Shown here: one piece after another, positions 48,263 through 58,628 of the stretch
How positions within the stretch are numbered: position 1 is the first letter of the stretch
Layout: every line of letters begins with the position of its first letter
Assembly: GCA_964423445.1 (NCBI GenBank)
Contig: CAYREQ010000002.1
Location: 60,641 to 124,640, forward strand
DNA: 64,000 bases
Source of the DNA: an uncultured Candidatus Saccharibacteria bacterium
GTDB lineage: Bacteria > Patescibacteriota > Minisyncoccia > Phycocordibacterales > UBA9973
Reading direction: 5' to 3'
The notes under the pieces: generated by a model
Told to the model about the DNA's origin: nothing
Databases searched by the model: none
What the model saw: the letters and a program-made list of their open reading frames with translations, nothing else
Program-made: the position numbers and the translations under genes

Positions 48263-51200
48263 TGAAAACTTTTTTTAATTTCAAAAAAATACGTTTCATT
48301 TTTTCTTCACTATTAGTTTTGGTGTTTTCTTTTTTCTTGGCATCAAATTTTGTTTATGCTGCTGCTGGTGTGCCAATGCTAATAAATTTTCAAGGACGAT
48401 TGATGGACAACACAGGTGCATTACTCGGCTCTGCTGGTGGTACAGATTACTGTTATAAATTTTCTATTTGGGATGCTACTACTGGTGGAAGTAAAATTTG
48501 GCCATCTGGTTCTCCATCTACAAATACTTTGGTCACTCGTCTCGGAGTCTTTGATGCGACAATTGGAAGTGCAGATACTTTAGATCTTACTTTTACAGAT
48601 GACCAAGCTTATGTAGAAGTAGAAGTGGCAACAAAAGTGGGAGGCTCATGTACTACAGGTGGTGATGAAGTTTTTGAATCTCTTTCTCCTCGTCCACAAA
48701 TCGTCTCAAGTGGTTTTGCGATAAATTCAAAAACTGTAGGTGGATTTACTCCTGCTCAATCTGCGACAAATAATCAAATTCCAGTACTCACCTCTGGTGC
48801 GATCGTCCTTGGTCATGCGACCACTGCCGGATTAAATTCAACTGGATCAAATGCACTTACCATCGATGCAGGAACTTCTGGAATTTTAAATTTAAATAAT
48901 AATTCTAGTGGAAATATTTTACTTAGTAATGGTGTCGGCTCTACTGGATGTACACTCACAGGTGCCTCCGGTGCATTTGCATGTACCGGAGCAATCACAG
49001 GATCAAACCTCTCAGGAACAAACACCGGAGATCAGACATGGAATGGAATACTAGCACCTACAGGAACTCAGACATTAACCTTTGACGATGGAGAATTAAA
49101 TGCATGGACAGTATCATCTGACACAGAAACATTCTGGACGACAACAGCAAATTCTCTAACAACAGGAACCTTACTTTCTTCGTCTACGACTGGTTTAACT
49201 ACTGGGAAAGTTTTAGATTTGACTTTAGGTTCTGCACTTACCACTGGTGGTGCGATTAATATATCTGGTGCTTCTTACAATCCCGGAGCAGGCAATACAG
49301 GTAATGTTGCTAGTATTGCTTTTACTCATGCTGCTGGAGCAGCTTCTACTTCTACTGTAAATGGATTGAATATCGCATTCACTAATTCTTCTGGAAATAC
49401 AAGTGGTACATCTGTGACTTCAGGAATTAACATCGCTCCTACTGTAACTGCAAATGGTACACCAGGAACAGAAGAAACTTATGGTATAAGAATTCAATCT
49501 GCTGCAGGTACTGCTGGTTTTGGAACTCAAAATAATTATGGTATTAGAATTGGAAGGCAAGATGTTTCTAGTTCTGAAAATGCATATGGTATCTATCTTG
49601 ATGTACCACAAATTTCTTCTTCTGATAAGACTGGGATATATGTCGGAAGTGTCAGTGTGTCTGGTCAAAAAGGTATAAATGTAGCGGGAATGGTTGGTTC
49701 AAATACAATAGGTGTTGAAATAGGGGCAACTATGAATACAGGAGCTAGTTTTTCAGGTAAATATTTATCTGTAGGTAATCCAACCACAGGTTTTATAGCA
49801 ACAGCTAGTGATACTGGAAATTATATTTATGCTAATCGTAACAATACTATTAGTGGTGGCAATACTTTGACAGTAAGTGGATCATTGGCATCACTACTAT
49901 CTACATGTAGTGGCGCAGGAACATGTAATGACTCTGCAAAGATTTTAGAATTAACTCAAAGTTATGCGTCTGCAACTGGTGATGTTATTGCAATTTCAAA
50001 TGCTGGTTCTGGTAAAGACATTAGTGGTACAAGTAATACATGGAATGTTTCCAAGGCAGGTGCTGCTGTCTTTGTCGGTGTAAACTCCGGAGCAGGACTA
50101 CTCCAAGGTCAACTCGGTCTCACAGTTACTGGAGCAGCAGTAAATTTAAATGCTTCATCAAACTTTGCTACAAACATAAATACTGGAACAAGTACTGGTA
50201 CAGTCACTATCGGAGGTACAGCAGGTAACACTATTAATATCGGAAGTGATAATACTGTAGCGGATACTATTACTCTAGGATCTGCACTGGATTCTCTTGC
50301 TATCTCGTCAACTAATTTCAAAGTTAGTTCTGGTGGTGCTATCACCGGAGCAACTGGTCTAGTCTCTTCCGGTACTATCCAATTATCATCTCTAACTTCA
50401 AACGGACCTCTATATACAAGTGCAGGTAACGGAACTCTCACCACTACTGCACCAACTAGTGGAGCTATCGGTTATTGGTCAAGAAGTGGAACTACACTTT
50501 CACAAACTACTGCAAATGATTTGGTATCAATATCTACAAATTCCACAGTCGCTTCAAATAAAACTTTTGAATCATTACAAACAGGTGCCACCTCAGGCAC
50601 AGATTATGCAGGATATTTCTCTAATACAGGCGCTGCTACAACTAATGTCGGTCTGTATGCTACAGCAACAGGTGGTAGTAATAACTATGCTGCTATTTTT
50701 GAAGCAGGCAGAGTCGGTGTTGGTGTTACAGCGCCTCTCTTCCAATTACAAGTTGCTGGCACCACTTTGATTCAGCCAGACTCTACTTGGAGTTCTGGGG
50801 ATACTTCTATTTTATTGTTTTCTGACGATAGTTCAAATTTTATAAAAGCTTACTTCACGCCAGCAGCTAACTCAGGCAGTTTAGAGGTTCGAGGTTATTC
50901 TGGAGTTGACCTCACAACAAATTTGGGAGTAGTCTTGCACTCTACTCAACAAGCAATGACAAACATCGGTAGCAACAACGATGCTGATGCATTGCTCGAA
51001 ATTAATGGTAATCGTACGGTTACTGCTTGGGGTCTAAACGGTATTCAACTACAAGCTTCTGCTTCTACCTTCACGGATTCATCTACTGCTATTTCTGGCA
51101 CAGCAACAAATGCAGTCTTCAACAGCTTTGGTATTCCAACTCTAGCGGCATCAAACGCCACAGTTACGACAACCAACGCTGCTACTCTATATGTAGCTGG

Positions 51201-54200
51201 AGCTCCTACTGCAGGCACAAACCAAACTATTACCAATGCTTACTCACTTTGGGTAGATGCAGGCACAGCAAGATTTGATGGCGATGTTACAATCTCTGGT
51301 ACTTGTACTGGTTGTGCATCTACTTGGAACGCAATCACAAACCCTACAGGCACTCAATCACTTACATTTGATGATGCAGAATTAAACGCATGGACAGTAT
51401 CATCTGACACAGAGACTTTCCAAACTATTACTGCAAACTCACTAACTACTGGAAAGATACTTTCACTTGCTTCTTCTTCATTAACTACAGGAACATTACT
51501 TGATTTGTCTAGTAACGGTACAGCAGCAGGAGCATCACAAACAGGATTAAATATTTCTCTTGCTGGAACAAATGGAACAAGTGGTATTACTTCTTACGGT
51601 GCACAAATATCAAATGTGCACGCAGGTGGTACTTCTACAAATGTAGCTTTGCAATTATCTGCAACAAATGGAACTACTGCTAACTACGCTTTGTTAGTTC
51701 CAGCTTCAAGTGGAAGTGTCGGTATCGGAACCACAACACCAATAGCTGTGTTTGATGTGCAAGGTGCAAGTTATTCTTTGGGTGGTACAGGAGATGCTAG
51801 TGGAAATGGTTCCACTACTGCATTCGATGCCAGTACTATTCTTAATTATTTAAACGGTGGCTCAATTACTCAAGCAAACTATGCAAACGCAGATATTAAT
51901 GGTGATGGCTTAGTAAGCTTCTTAGATGCTGAATTGATTTCTCAGTATGTTTCTACAGCAATCACTCTTTCACAGGCTCAGCATTCAGTTGGAAAATATA
52001 TTGCTGGTAGAGCAATCTCAATTGCTTATAACGAGAATGTTGGTATTGGATATTTAACTACAGCTCCTGATAGAAAATTAGATGTCTATGATGCATCCAA
52101 CCCACAATTGAGATTAACCCAAGCTGATAATTCTGTGTACAGTGATTTTAAAATGGATAGCAATGGCGACTTGATTATTGTCGTTGATGGAGCTACAAAC
52201 CAGTTAGTTTTGGATAATGGCGGTAACATCGGTATCGGTGACACCACCCCAGCTGCCCTATTTACAGTAGGTAACACTGACCTCTTCCAAGTAAACTCTT
52301 CAGGTGCAATTGCTGCAGTAGTAGGTATCACAAACACAGGAATCAATACAAATACTTTCCAATCTGCCACAGCACTTACAGTAGCAAGAACAGGTACAAA
52401 CTATGCATTGCAAGTAGACACAAACACAGCTTCAAGTGAGACAGGATTAAAAATTACTGCAGCTGCTGCAGCTGGAGGAGTTGCTCTCGCTACAATTTCT
52501 TCAGGTACAGATGAATTCATGACTATCGATGCTAAAGGTGCAGGTGAAGTAAGAATCGGAGGAATTTCTACCGGCTCCATATTATTTGCTGGAGGTTCTG
52601 GTTCTTCTGGTTGTACTATTACTACAGCTGGTGCACTCACTTGTTCTGGTGCTGGATCTTTCTCAAACCTCTCAGGTACAAACACAGGAGACCAGACAAT
52701 TACTCTAACAGGTGATGTTACAGGAAGTGGTACAGGAAGTTTTGCTACTACAATTGCTGCTGACTCAGTAGCTCTAACTACAGATACAACAGGTAACTAT
52801 GTTCAATCTATTACAAACGGTTCTGGTATCTCAGGAGGTAACGGAGGATCTGAAGGTGCCGCACTTACTCTTGCACTCGGTGCACTCACTGCAGATTGGA
52901 ATCAAACTGGAGCATTCACTATTTCTCTAAACAATTCTTCTGCTGGACTTAAGATGTTAGAAAATGGAGGAACTCCTACACTCTTTGGTATCTTTGATGT
53001 AGCTGATCTTACTTCAACTGACAAAACATATACCTTCCCAGATACTTCAGGAACAGTATGTATCTCCGGAGGAACTTGTGCTGCTTCTTCTGTAGTTTGG
53101 AATACAATCACAAACCCTACAGGCACTCAATCACTAACTTTTGATGACGGAGAATTAAATGCATGGACAGTATCATCTGACACAGAAACTTTCCAGACTA
53201 TTACTGCAAACTCACTTACTACAGGCATATTATTATCAACCTCATCCACTGCCTTAACTACGGGGAGAGTATTGAGTGCAACTTTGGGTTCCGCCCTTAC
53301 CACAGGTGGCCTACTTTCTACTACTGGTGCATCATACAATCCAGGTGCATCTAATACTGGTAGTCTTATAAATTTAGCTTTTACTAATGCTGCTAATAAT
53401 ACTTCAGGCAGCTCGAATGTTACCGGTATAAATATTTCTCCGACAATTTCGGCTGCTGGTTCTGGTGGTAATCAATATACTTTCGGTATTGATATTCAAG
53501 ACGCTGCGGGTACGCCCGGTGTTGGAACTCAAGATATTGTTGGTATAAGAATTGGTAATCAAGGTAGAAGTGGCGCAGAAACTAGTTATGGTTTAATAGT
53601 AAATTCTCAGAGTGGTTCGACTAATAACTATTCCGCAATCTTTTCAGGAGGTAATTTGGGTATAGGTGATTCAACTCCAAACTCACTATTTACAGTTGGT
53701 TTTAATGATTTATTCCAAATCAACACCACAGGTCAAATAGGTTCACAACAAGCTCCAGTATCTGATTATCTTTTTGCTCTAGCTGGTACAACTGGAAATG
53801 ACAATTCAAGAATTATTGATATTACTCAAGCGAATAATACGTTAGAAGATTCTATTGTAATAAAAATAGCAAATACAGCCAATGTTGGTGTAGTTGACAA
53901 TGTGGGATGGGTTATTTACAATACAGACTTTAGACTTACTCCTACTGCTACAATTACCAATGATGGTGTAGCAGATTTATTTGGAAGTTATAATAATGTT
54001 AATCCATCTAATATTACTTTATCTGATGGAGTTAGTGATGCATTTGCAAGAGGTAGCCTCAATTACGTGGCCGGTAGCATTATATTTAATAGTGCATCTG
54101 GTTCAGATAGTTATGGGGAAGTAGGGGTTGGAGGTACCGTGGAAAGCTCCCCTACTTTAACTAGTGTGAGTGCGGGTTCTAGCTTCAATACCTATGCTGG

Positions 54201-57200
54201 GCAATTTATTAATAGTGCTACATCTGCTGGTAATGCAGATTTAGCCTCTACTGGATACGGTGTTTACTCTCTGATAAATGGAAATTTGACTACATCTGGA
54301 GACACTCTTCATTATGGAGGTTATTTTAATACTAGCGGTACAGCCGATACAAATTACGGGATATATTCTACAGTAACAGGAGCCACCACAAATTACGCAG
54401 GAATATTTACAGGTGGAAATGTAGGTATCGGTATCACTGCACCTACATCTGTCTTGCATGTACAACAATCTGCAGATTCAGCAGTCACTGCGACTCCAGT
54501 AGCTTTTGATGTAAACAGTGTCGGTGCAAGTGGTGAACTCACTGCAAGTAGCAGCGTACAGACTTTTGCTCGTATCGCTCCCACAGTCAACCAAACTTCT
54601 ACTGCAGGCTATACAGCATTACTAATAAATGCTACACAGACAGCCACAGGTAGTGGAGCAAAATTATTACAAGATTGGCAAGTAGGTGGTTCATCTGTCG
54701 CAAAGATAGATAGTGCAGGTGCTCTTACAGTTACTTCATGTACAGGCTGTGGAGGTGGAGCAACAGCTTGGACTAGCATAGCAGCTCCAGTCGGCACCCA
54801 GTCACTAACCTTCGATGACGGAGAATTAAATTCATGGACAGTATCAAGTGATACAGAAACTTTCCAGACTATCACTGCAAACTCACTTACTACAGGTATA
54901 TTAAATTCATATGTTGCAAATGCTCTCACTACTGGTGAAGTATTAAATATTTCTCACACTACATCTGTGATAGCTGATGGAGGTTCACTTATCAAAGCAT
55001 CTTCTACGTCAGCAGATACAGGAGGCTCTACTCAAGGTGTATTGCTAGACCTTTCTTCTACTGCATCCACTGCAGGTACACAATTCTTGCAGACATACTC
55101 TGGTCTTACCACAGGTATTGGACAAAAGATTGTAACAAATGGTCTCACTACTGGTACAGCATTTATTATTCCACACACTACAAGTGTGATTGCAAACGGT
55201 GGATCACTTGCAAGACTTTCTTCTACGAGTAATGATACATCCACAACCACTGGTGTACTTCTAGATTTGTCTTCTACTGCATCCACTGCAGGTACACAAT
55301 TCTTGCAGACATACTCTGGGCTAACTACTGGTATTGGACAATCAATCGTGGGTAATGCTCTCACCACTGGCTCACTACTTAGTATTTCTTCAAACGGTAC
55401 AGGAGGTACTACTGGCCAAAAAGGAATTAGTGTAGATTTGTCTGGAAGCAATGGTAGTGGATCACAGACTACTTATGGTGGATACTTCAGTAATACTCAT
55501 GGAGGTAGTGGCACAAACGTCGCACTATATACTACAGCAAGTGGAGGTACTACAAACCTTGGATTAAATGTAAACGCTGGGCAAGTGCTCATCGGAGGTA
55601 CTACTTTATCTACTAGTACTGAAGCAAAAATTAATATAGTTTCCTCTATGGCTTCAAACGGTTCTACTACTGCTATCGCTGGTATACATGGAGAATTTAC
55701 AATAAATCCATCAGGTGGTGGTACACAAGTCGGAAATCGTTTTGTCATGAACAATGCTCCTACATCTAGTGCAAACACTTCTATCAACCAAATAATAAGA
55801 ACTATAGACAACACATCACTAGCAAACTTGGTTCGTGGTATTGAAGTGGTATCAAATGCTGGTAGTAATACTGCAGGTACAAACACAGGTATCCGAACCA
55901 CAGGGGCTACATTTGGTATTCAGGCTATTACATCAGGTACAGCCGGAGGTGTGGCATTACCTGCTGCAATTTATGCAGAAAATACTGGTACAACTCAAGG
56001 AGATATAGCAAGATTTTACACAGGCTCTATGACTTCTGCACCATCGATGGTTCAGCTTTATCATGAAACTTCTACATTTACAGGAGCTGCAATACTTATA
56101 GATATGGCAGTAGGTGCAGCAGACGACACAAAATTTACCGGTAATTTCTTGGACTTTAAAGAGAGAAGTGTTCAGAGATTTAAAGTAACAGATCAAGGAG
56201 TAACCTCCATGGGTCTTGGCAACACTGCATCTACAAATGCTGTATGTTCTAGTCTCGCAAATGCCACAGGCCCTACTGCAGGTACGGCATATGAAATACG
56301 AGATTGTAATGCTGCTCCAGCCGCTGACTACGCCGAGATGTATCCAGTAGAATCCGGAGTAGAATTTGGAGACATAGTAGCTACGGGTACAGAGATGGTA
56401 AATACATATGATGTGACAGATGGAAATATTGATTGGACAAAAATAAAAGGAAAAATTACTAGACTTGAAAAATCTACACAAGCTTACCAGAAAAATATTA
56501 TAGGAATAGTATCAGACAACTTTGGAGACTTTACTTCAGCGGGTCACAACATAAAAGATGCTGATAATCCTATGCCTATCGCTTTGAATGGTCGTGTGCC
56601 AGTAAAAGTGTCTAATAGCTCAGCACCTATATTACCTGGAGATTATTTGACTACATCAGGAGATGAACCTGGTAAAGCTATAAAAGCTACCAAGGCAGGC
56701 ATTGTGATAGGTAAAGCTATAGAATCTTGGAATCCAAATACAGGTAAAGCCACAGTCATGGTTTATGTAGAACAGGGATATTACAACGGAGAAAATATAA
56801 ACAATTACACTGGCCTCGTATTAAATGGCTCTATAGAAGACTCTGCTTTGATTTTAGAAAAATTATTGAGTGACCAAACTGAATATAATGCACTCAATGT
56901 TTCTGAATTACTCACTGATCGTGTAGTAGCAGGACTAGAGATGATTACTCCTAGATTGGTAGCTTCAGTGATAAATACAAAGACACTAAATGTTTCCGAA
57001 GGTGCGACAATCAATGGCCTCGTAGTATTCGGAGGCACACCAGAGCTTCCTGGTAAAGTCACATTTGATTCACAAGTAGAATTTAACCTACCTCCAATAT
57101 TCAACAAAGATACTGCTGGTTTTGCTGTGGTCAAAGAAGGGGACAAGAGCGTACGTGTAGAATTTGAAGAACCATATATGGTGACACCGGTCGTCACTGC

Positions 57201-57624
57201 TTCTATGACTTTTGAAGTCACTGACAATATAGACGAAGTCACTGCAGAAGATTTGTTTAACCAAAATATATCTTCACTCGTAGTCCAAAAAGATGAGACA
57301 GGATTTACAATACTATTAAACAAGACAGCTCCACAAAATATTCGCTTCTCATGGATTGCACTAGGCGTCAAAGATGCTACAATTTTTGAGAGTCTAGGGG
57401 AAGGACTAGAAATCACTACTCCAGACTCAAATCAAGATTCCAGTGGAAATGGGGGTCAATCAAACGAGCCGGATCCAGCTCCAGCTCCAGCTCCAGATTC
57501 TACACCTGATCCGACGCCAGAAGAAAACCCAGATCCACAAGTAAGCCCAGACCCAGAACCCACACCTGACCCAGCACCAGAGCCTGATCCAACACCAGAA
57601 CCATCTCCCGAACCAGCACCATAA
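48262..57624 (+). CDS. 3120-aa secreted T/S/G-rich fibre- or spike-like surface protein
   Basis: Signal peptide, INFQGRL N-terminal domain, GNVGIG repeats, dockerin-like insert, ADYAEMY...GRVPVKV chaperone-like domain, Pro/Asp/Glu tail. Confidence 0.85.
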   Translation: MKTFFNFKKIRFIFSSLLVLVFSFFLASNFVYAAAGVPMLINFQGRLMDNTGALLGSAGGTDYCYKFSIWDATTGGSKIWPSGSPSTNTLVTRLGVFDATIGSADTLDLTFTDDQAYVEVEVATKVGGSCTTGGDEVFESLSPRPQIVSSGFAINSKTVGGFTPAQSATNNQIPVLTSGAIVLGHATTAGLNSTGSNALTIDAGTSGILNLNNNSSGNILLSNGVGSTGCTLTGASGAFACTGAITGSNLSGTNTGDQTWNGILAPTGTQTLTFDDGELNAWTVSSDTETFWTTTANSLTTGTLLSSSTTGLTTGKVLDLTLGSALTTGGAINISGASYNPGAGNTGNVASIAFTHAAGAASTSTVNGLNIAFTNSSGNTSGTSVTSGINIAPTVTANGTPGTEETYGIRIQSAAGTAGFGTQNNYGIRIGRQDVSSSENAYGIYLDVPQISSSDKTGIYVGSVSVSGQKGINVAGMVGSNTIGVEIGATMNTGASFSGKYLSVGNPTTGFIATASDTGNYIYANRNNTISGGNTLTVSGSLASLLSTCSGAGTCNDSAKILELTQSYASATGDVIAISNAGSGKDISGTSNTWNVSKAGAAVFVGVNSGAGLLQGQLGLTVTGAAVNLNASSNFATNINTGTSTGTVTIGGTAGNTINIGSDNTVADTITLGSALDSLAISSTNFKVSSGGAITGATGLVSSGTIQLSSLTSNGPLYTSAGNGTLTTTAPTSGAIGYWSRSGTTLSQTTANDLVSISTNSTVASNKTFESLQTGATSGTDYAGYFSNTGAATTNVGLYATATGGSNNYAAIFEAGRVGVGVTAPLFQLQVAGTTLIQPDSTWSSGDTSILLFSDDSSNFIKAYFTPAANSGSLEVRGYSGVDLTTNLGVVLHSTQQAMTNIGSNNDADALLEINGNRTVTAWGLNGIQLQASASTFTDSSTAISGTATNAVFNSFGIPTLAASNATVTTTNAATLYVAGAPTAGTNQTITNAYSLWVDAGTARFDGDVTISGTCTGCASTWNAITNPTGTQSLTFDDAELNAWTVSSDTETFQTITANSLTTGKILSLASSSLTTGTLLDLSSNGTAAGASQTGLNISLAGTNGTSGITSYGAQISNVHAGGTSTNVALQLSATNGTTANYALLVPASSGSVGIGTTTPIAVFDVQGASYSLGGTGDASGNGSTTAFDASTILNYLNGGSITQANYANADINGDGLVSFLDAELISQYVSTAITLSQAQHSVGKYIAGRAISIAYNENVGIGYLTTAPDRKLDVYDASNPQLRLTQADNSVYSDFKMDSNGDLIIVVDGATNQLVLDNGGNIGIGDTTPAALFTVGNTDLFQVNSSGAIAAVVGITNTGINTNTFQSATALTVARTGTNYALQVDTNTASSETGLKITAAAAAGGVALATISSGTDEFMTIDAKGAGEVRIGGISTGSILFAGGSGSSGCTITTAGALTCSGAGSFSNLSGTNTGDQTITLTGDVTGSGTGSFATTIAADSVALTTDTTGNYVQSITNGSGISGGNGGSEGAALTLALGALTADWNQTGAFTISLNNSSAGLKMLENGGTPTLFGIFDVADLTSTDKTYTFPDTSGTVCISGGTCAASSVVWNTITNPTGTQSLTFDDGELNAWTVSSDTETFQTITANSLTTGILLSTSSTALTTGRVLSATLGSALTTGGLLSTTGASYNPGASNTGSLINLAFTNAANNTSGSSNVTGINISPTISAAGSGGNQYTFGIDIQDAAGTPGVGTQDIVGIRIGNQGRSGAETSYGLIVNSQSGSTNNYSAIFSGGNLGIGDSTPNSLFTVGFNDLFQINTTGQIGSQQAPVSDYLFALAGTTGNDNSRIIDITQANNTLEDSIVIKIANTANVGVVDNVGWVIYNTDFRLTPTATITNDGVADLFGSYNNVNPSNITLSDGVSDAFARGSLNYVAGSIIFNSASGSDSYGEVGVGGTVESSPTLTSVSAGSSFNTYAGQFINSATSAGNADLASTGYGVYSLINGNLTTSGDTLHYGGYFNTSGTADTNYGIYSTVTGATTNYAGIFTGGNVGIGITAPTSVLHVQQSADSAVTATPVAFDVNSVGASGELTASSSVQTFARIAPTVNQTSTAGYTALLINATQTATGSGAKLLQDWQVGGSSVAKIDSAGALTVTSCTGCGGGATAWTSIAAPVGTQSLTFDDGELNSWTVSSDTETFQTITANSLTTGILNSYVANALTTGEVLNISHTTSVIADGGSLIKASSTSADTGGSTQGVLLDLSSTASTAGTQFLQTYSGLTTGIGQKIVTNGLTTGTAFIIPHTTSVIANGGSLARLSSTSNDTSTTTGVLLDLSSTASTAGTQFLQTYSGLTTGIGQSIVGNALTTGSLLSISSNGTGGTTGQKGISVDLSGSNGSGSQTTYGGYFSNTHGGSGTNVALYTTASGGTTNLGLNVNAGQVLIGGTTLSTSTEAKINIVSSMASNGSTTAIAGIHGEFTINPSGGGTQVGNRFVMNNAPTSSANTSINQIIRTIDNTSLANLVRGIEVVSNAGSNTAGTNTGIRTTGATFGIQAITSGTAGGVALPAAIYAENTGTTQGDIARFYTGSMTSAPSMVQLYHETSTFTGAAILIDMAVGAADDTKFTGNFLDFKERSVQRFKVTDQGVTSMGLGNTASTNAVCSSLANATGPTAGTAYEIRDCNAAPAADYAEMYPVESGVEFGDIVATGTEMVNTYDVTDGNIDWTKIKGKITRLEKSTQAYQKNIIGIVSDNFGDFTSAGHNIKDADNPMPIALNGRVPVKVSNSSAPILPGDYLTTSGDEPGKAIKATKAGIVIGKAIESWNPNTGKATVMVYVEQGYYNGENINNYTGLVLNGSIEDSALILEKLLSDQTEYNALNVSELLTDRVVAGLEMITPRLVASVINTKTLNVSEGATINGLVVFGGTPELPGKVTFDSQVEFNLPPIFNKDTAGFAVVKEGDKSVRVEFEEPYMVTPVVTASMTFEVTDNIDEVTAEDLFNQNISSLVVQKDETGFTILLNKTAPQNIRFSWIALGVKDATIFESLGEGLEITTPDSNQDSSGNGGQSNEPDPAPAPAPDSTPDPTPEENPDPQVSPDPEPTPDPAPEPDPTPEPSPEPAP
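49039..54897 (+). repeat. Four dispersed 129-bp (43-aa) repeats at 49039, 51325, 53098 and 54769
   Basis: W..I..P.GTQ.LTFDD.ELN.WTVSSDTETF.T.TANSLTTG, highly similar at DNA level. Confidence 0.9.
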
Positions 57625-57635
57625 AAATGTAAATT

Positions 57636-58625
57636 ATGAGCGATACCAAAGAGTTAGTAAAAAGAAATAAAATTTTAGAACGCCGATGGAAAGTCACTAT
57701 TATTTTAGTAATTATCTTTATTATTACTAGGCCAATAGCCTTATATTTAGTAAAAAACTTTATAAATAAATCAGCAGAAGAAGCTATAAAAAATGATTAT
57801 CCACTTATTGATCCAGCTAGACAGTTTATTTCTCAAGAAAATTTTATCACAAATGTTCAACCATTACGTGAGTATTTAAATGAATTATCAGAAAAATATC
57901 CTAACTCTCTGTCTATTTATTATGAACAATTAAATTCCGGAGCAAATATTGTAGTAAATAAAGATCTAAAGTTATATGTCGCTAGCTTGATTAAATTACC
58001 AATTGCAATTGTGGCAGTAAAACAAGTAGAAAAGGGAATATGGGATTGGAATACAAAATTTGCTATTAAAAGTGAGGATTTAGATCAAGACTCTGGAAGT
58101 GTTTATAAAAATATTATGAATTTTGATCCAAACAATGATGTTCTCACTCTAGAGCAATTAATCTCTGCTATGTTGATTGATTCAGACAATACCGCAAAAA
58201 ATATTTTAGTTAATAATTTATCTAAAAAAGATTTTAATGATTTTGAACAAGAGGTTGGGTTTCAAGATGTATTTGATGAAAATGGGCACGCTTCAGCTAA
58301 AGAATATAGTAGAGTACTCAGAGTATTGTATACTTCAAGTTTCTTGGAAAGAAAAAATTCTCAAAAAATATTGGAGTTATTAGATAAAGCTAAATTTAAA
58401 AATTTCTTATCAAGGGGTGTTCCTGCTGATGTTACTTTTCCTCATAAGTATGGAGAAAATGCAAATGAAAAAATATTTGCAGATACTGGTATAGTTTATG
58501 TGCCAAACAAGCCTTACATGATTACAGTAATTTTTAAATCAAAAGATGTAACTGAAGAGAGTGTAAAGTTTGCTGAGGGTTTAATGAAAGAAATTTCAGC
58601 AAAAGCTTACGAAACTTCTAAATAA
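57636..58625 (+). CDS. Class A beta-lactamase-like serine hydrolase, membrane anchored
   Basis: ASLIK (SxxK), SDN and HKYG motifs. Confidence 0.82.
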   Translation: MSDTKELVKRNKILERRWKVTIILVIIFIITRPIALYLVKNFINKSAEEAIKNDYPLIDPARQFISQENFITNVQPLREYLNELSEKYPNSLSIYYEQLNSGANIVVNKDLKLYVASLIKLPIAIVAVKQVEKGIWDWNTKFAIKSEDLDQDSGSVYKNIMNFDPNNDVLTLEQLISAMLIDSDNTAKNILVNNLSKKDFNDFEQEVGFQDVFDENGHASAKEYSRVLRVLYTSSFLERKNSQKILELLDKAKFKNFLSRGVPADVTFPHKYGENANEKIFADTGIVYVPNKPYMITVIFKSKDVTEESVKFAEGLMKEISAKAYETSK

Positions 58626-58628
58626 TTT

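Noticed and set aside
49039-54897. Dispersed repeats as a possible CRISPR array or DGR template/variable pair
   Set aside because: They are in-frame 129-bp coding repeats kilobases apart. No cas or reverse transcriptase gene is present, and the differences are not adenine-specific.
57466-57621. CCAGA-rich tandem repeats
   Set aside because: They encode the Pro-Asp/Glu tail of the 3120-aa protein.
57636-58625. Bona fide antibiotic-resistance beta-lactamase
   Set aside because: It has KYG instead of KTG and a membrane anchor; only fold-family membership is supported.
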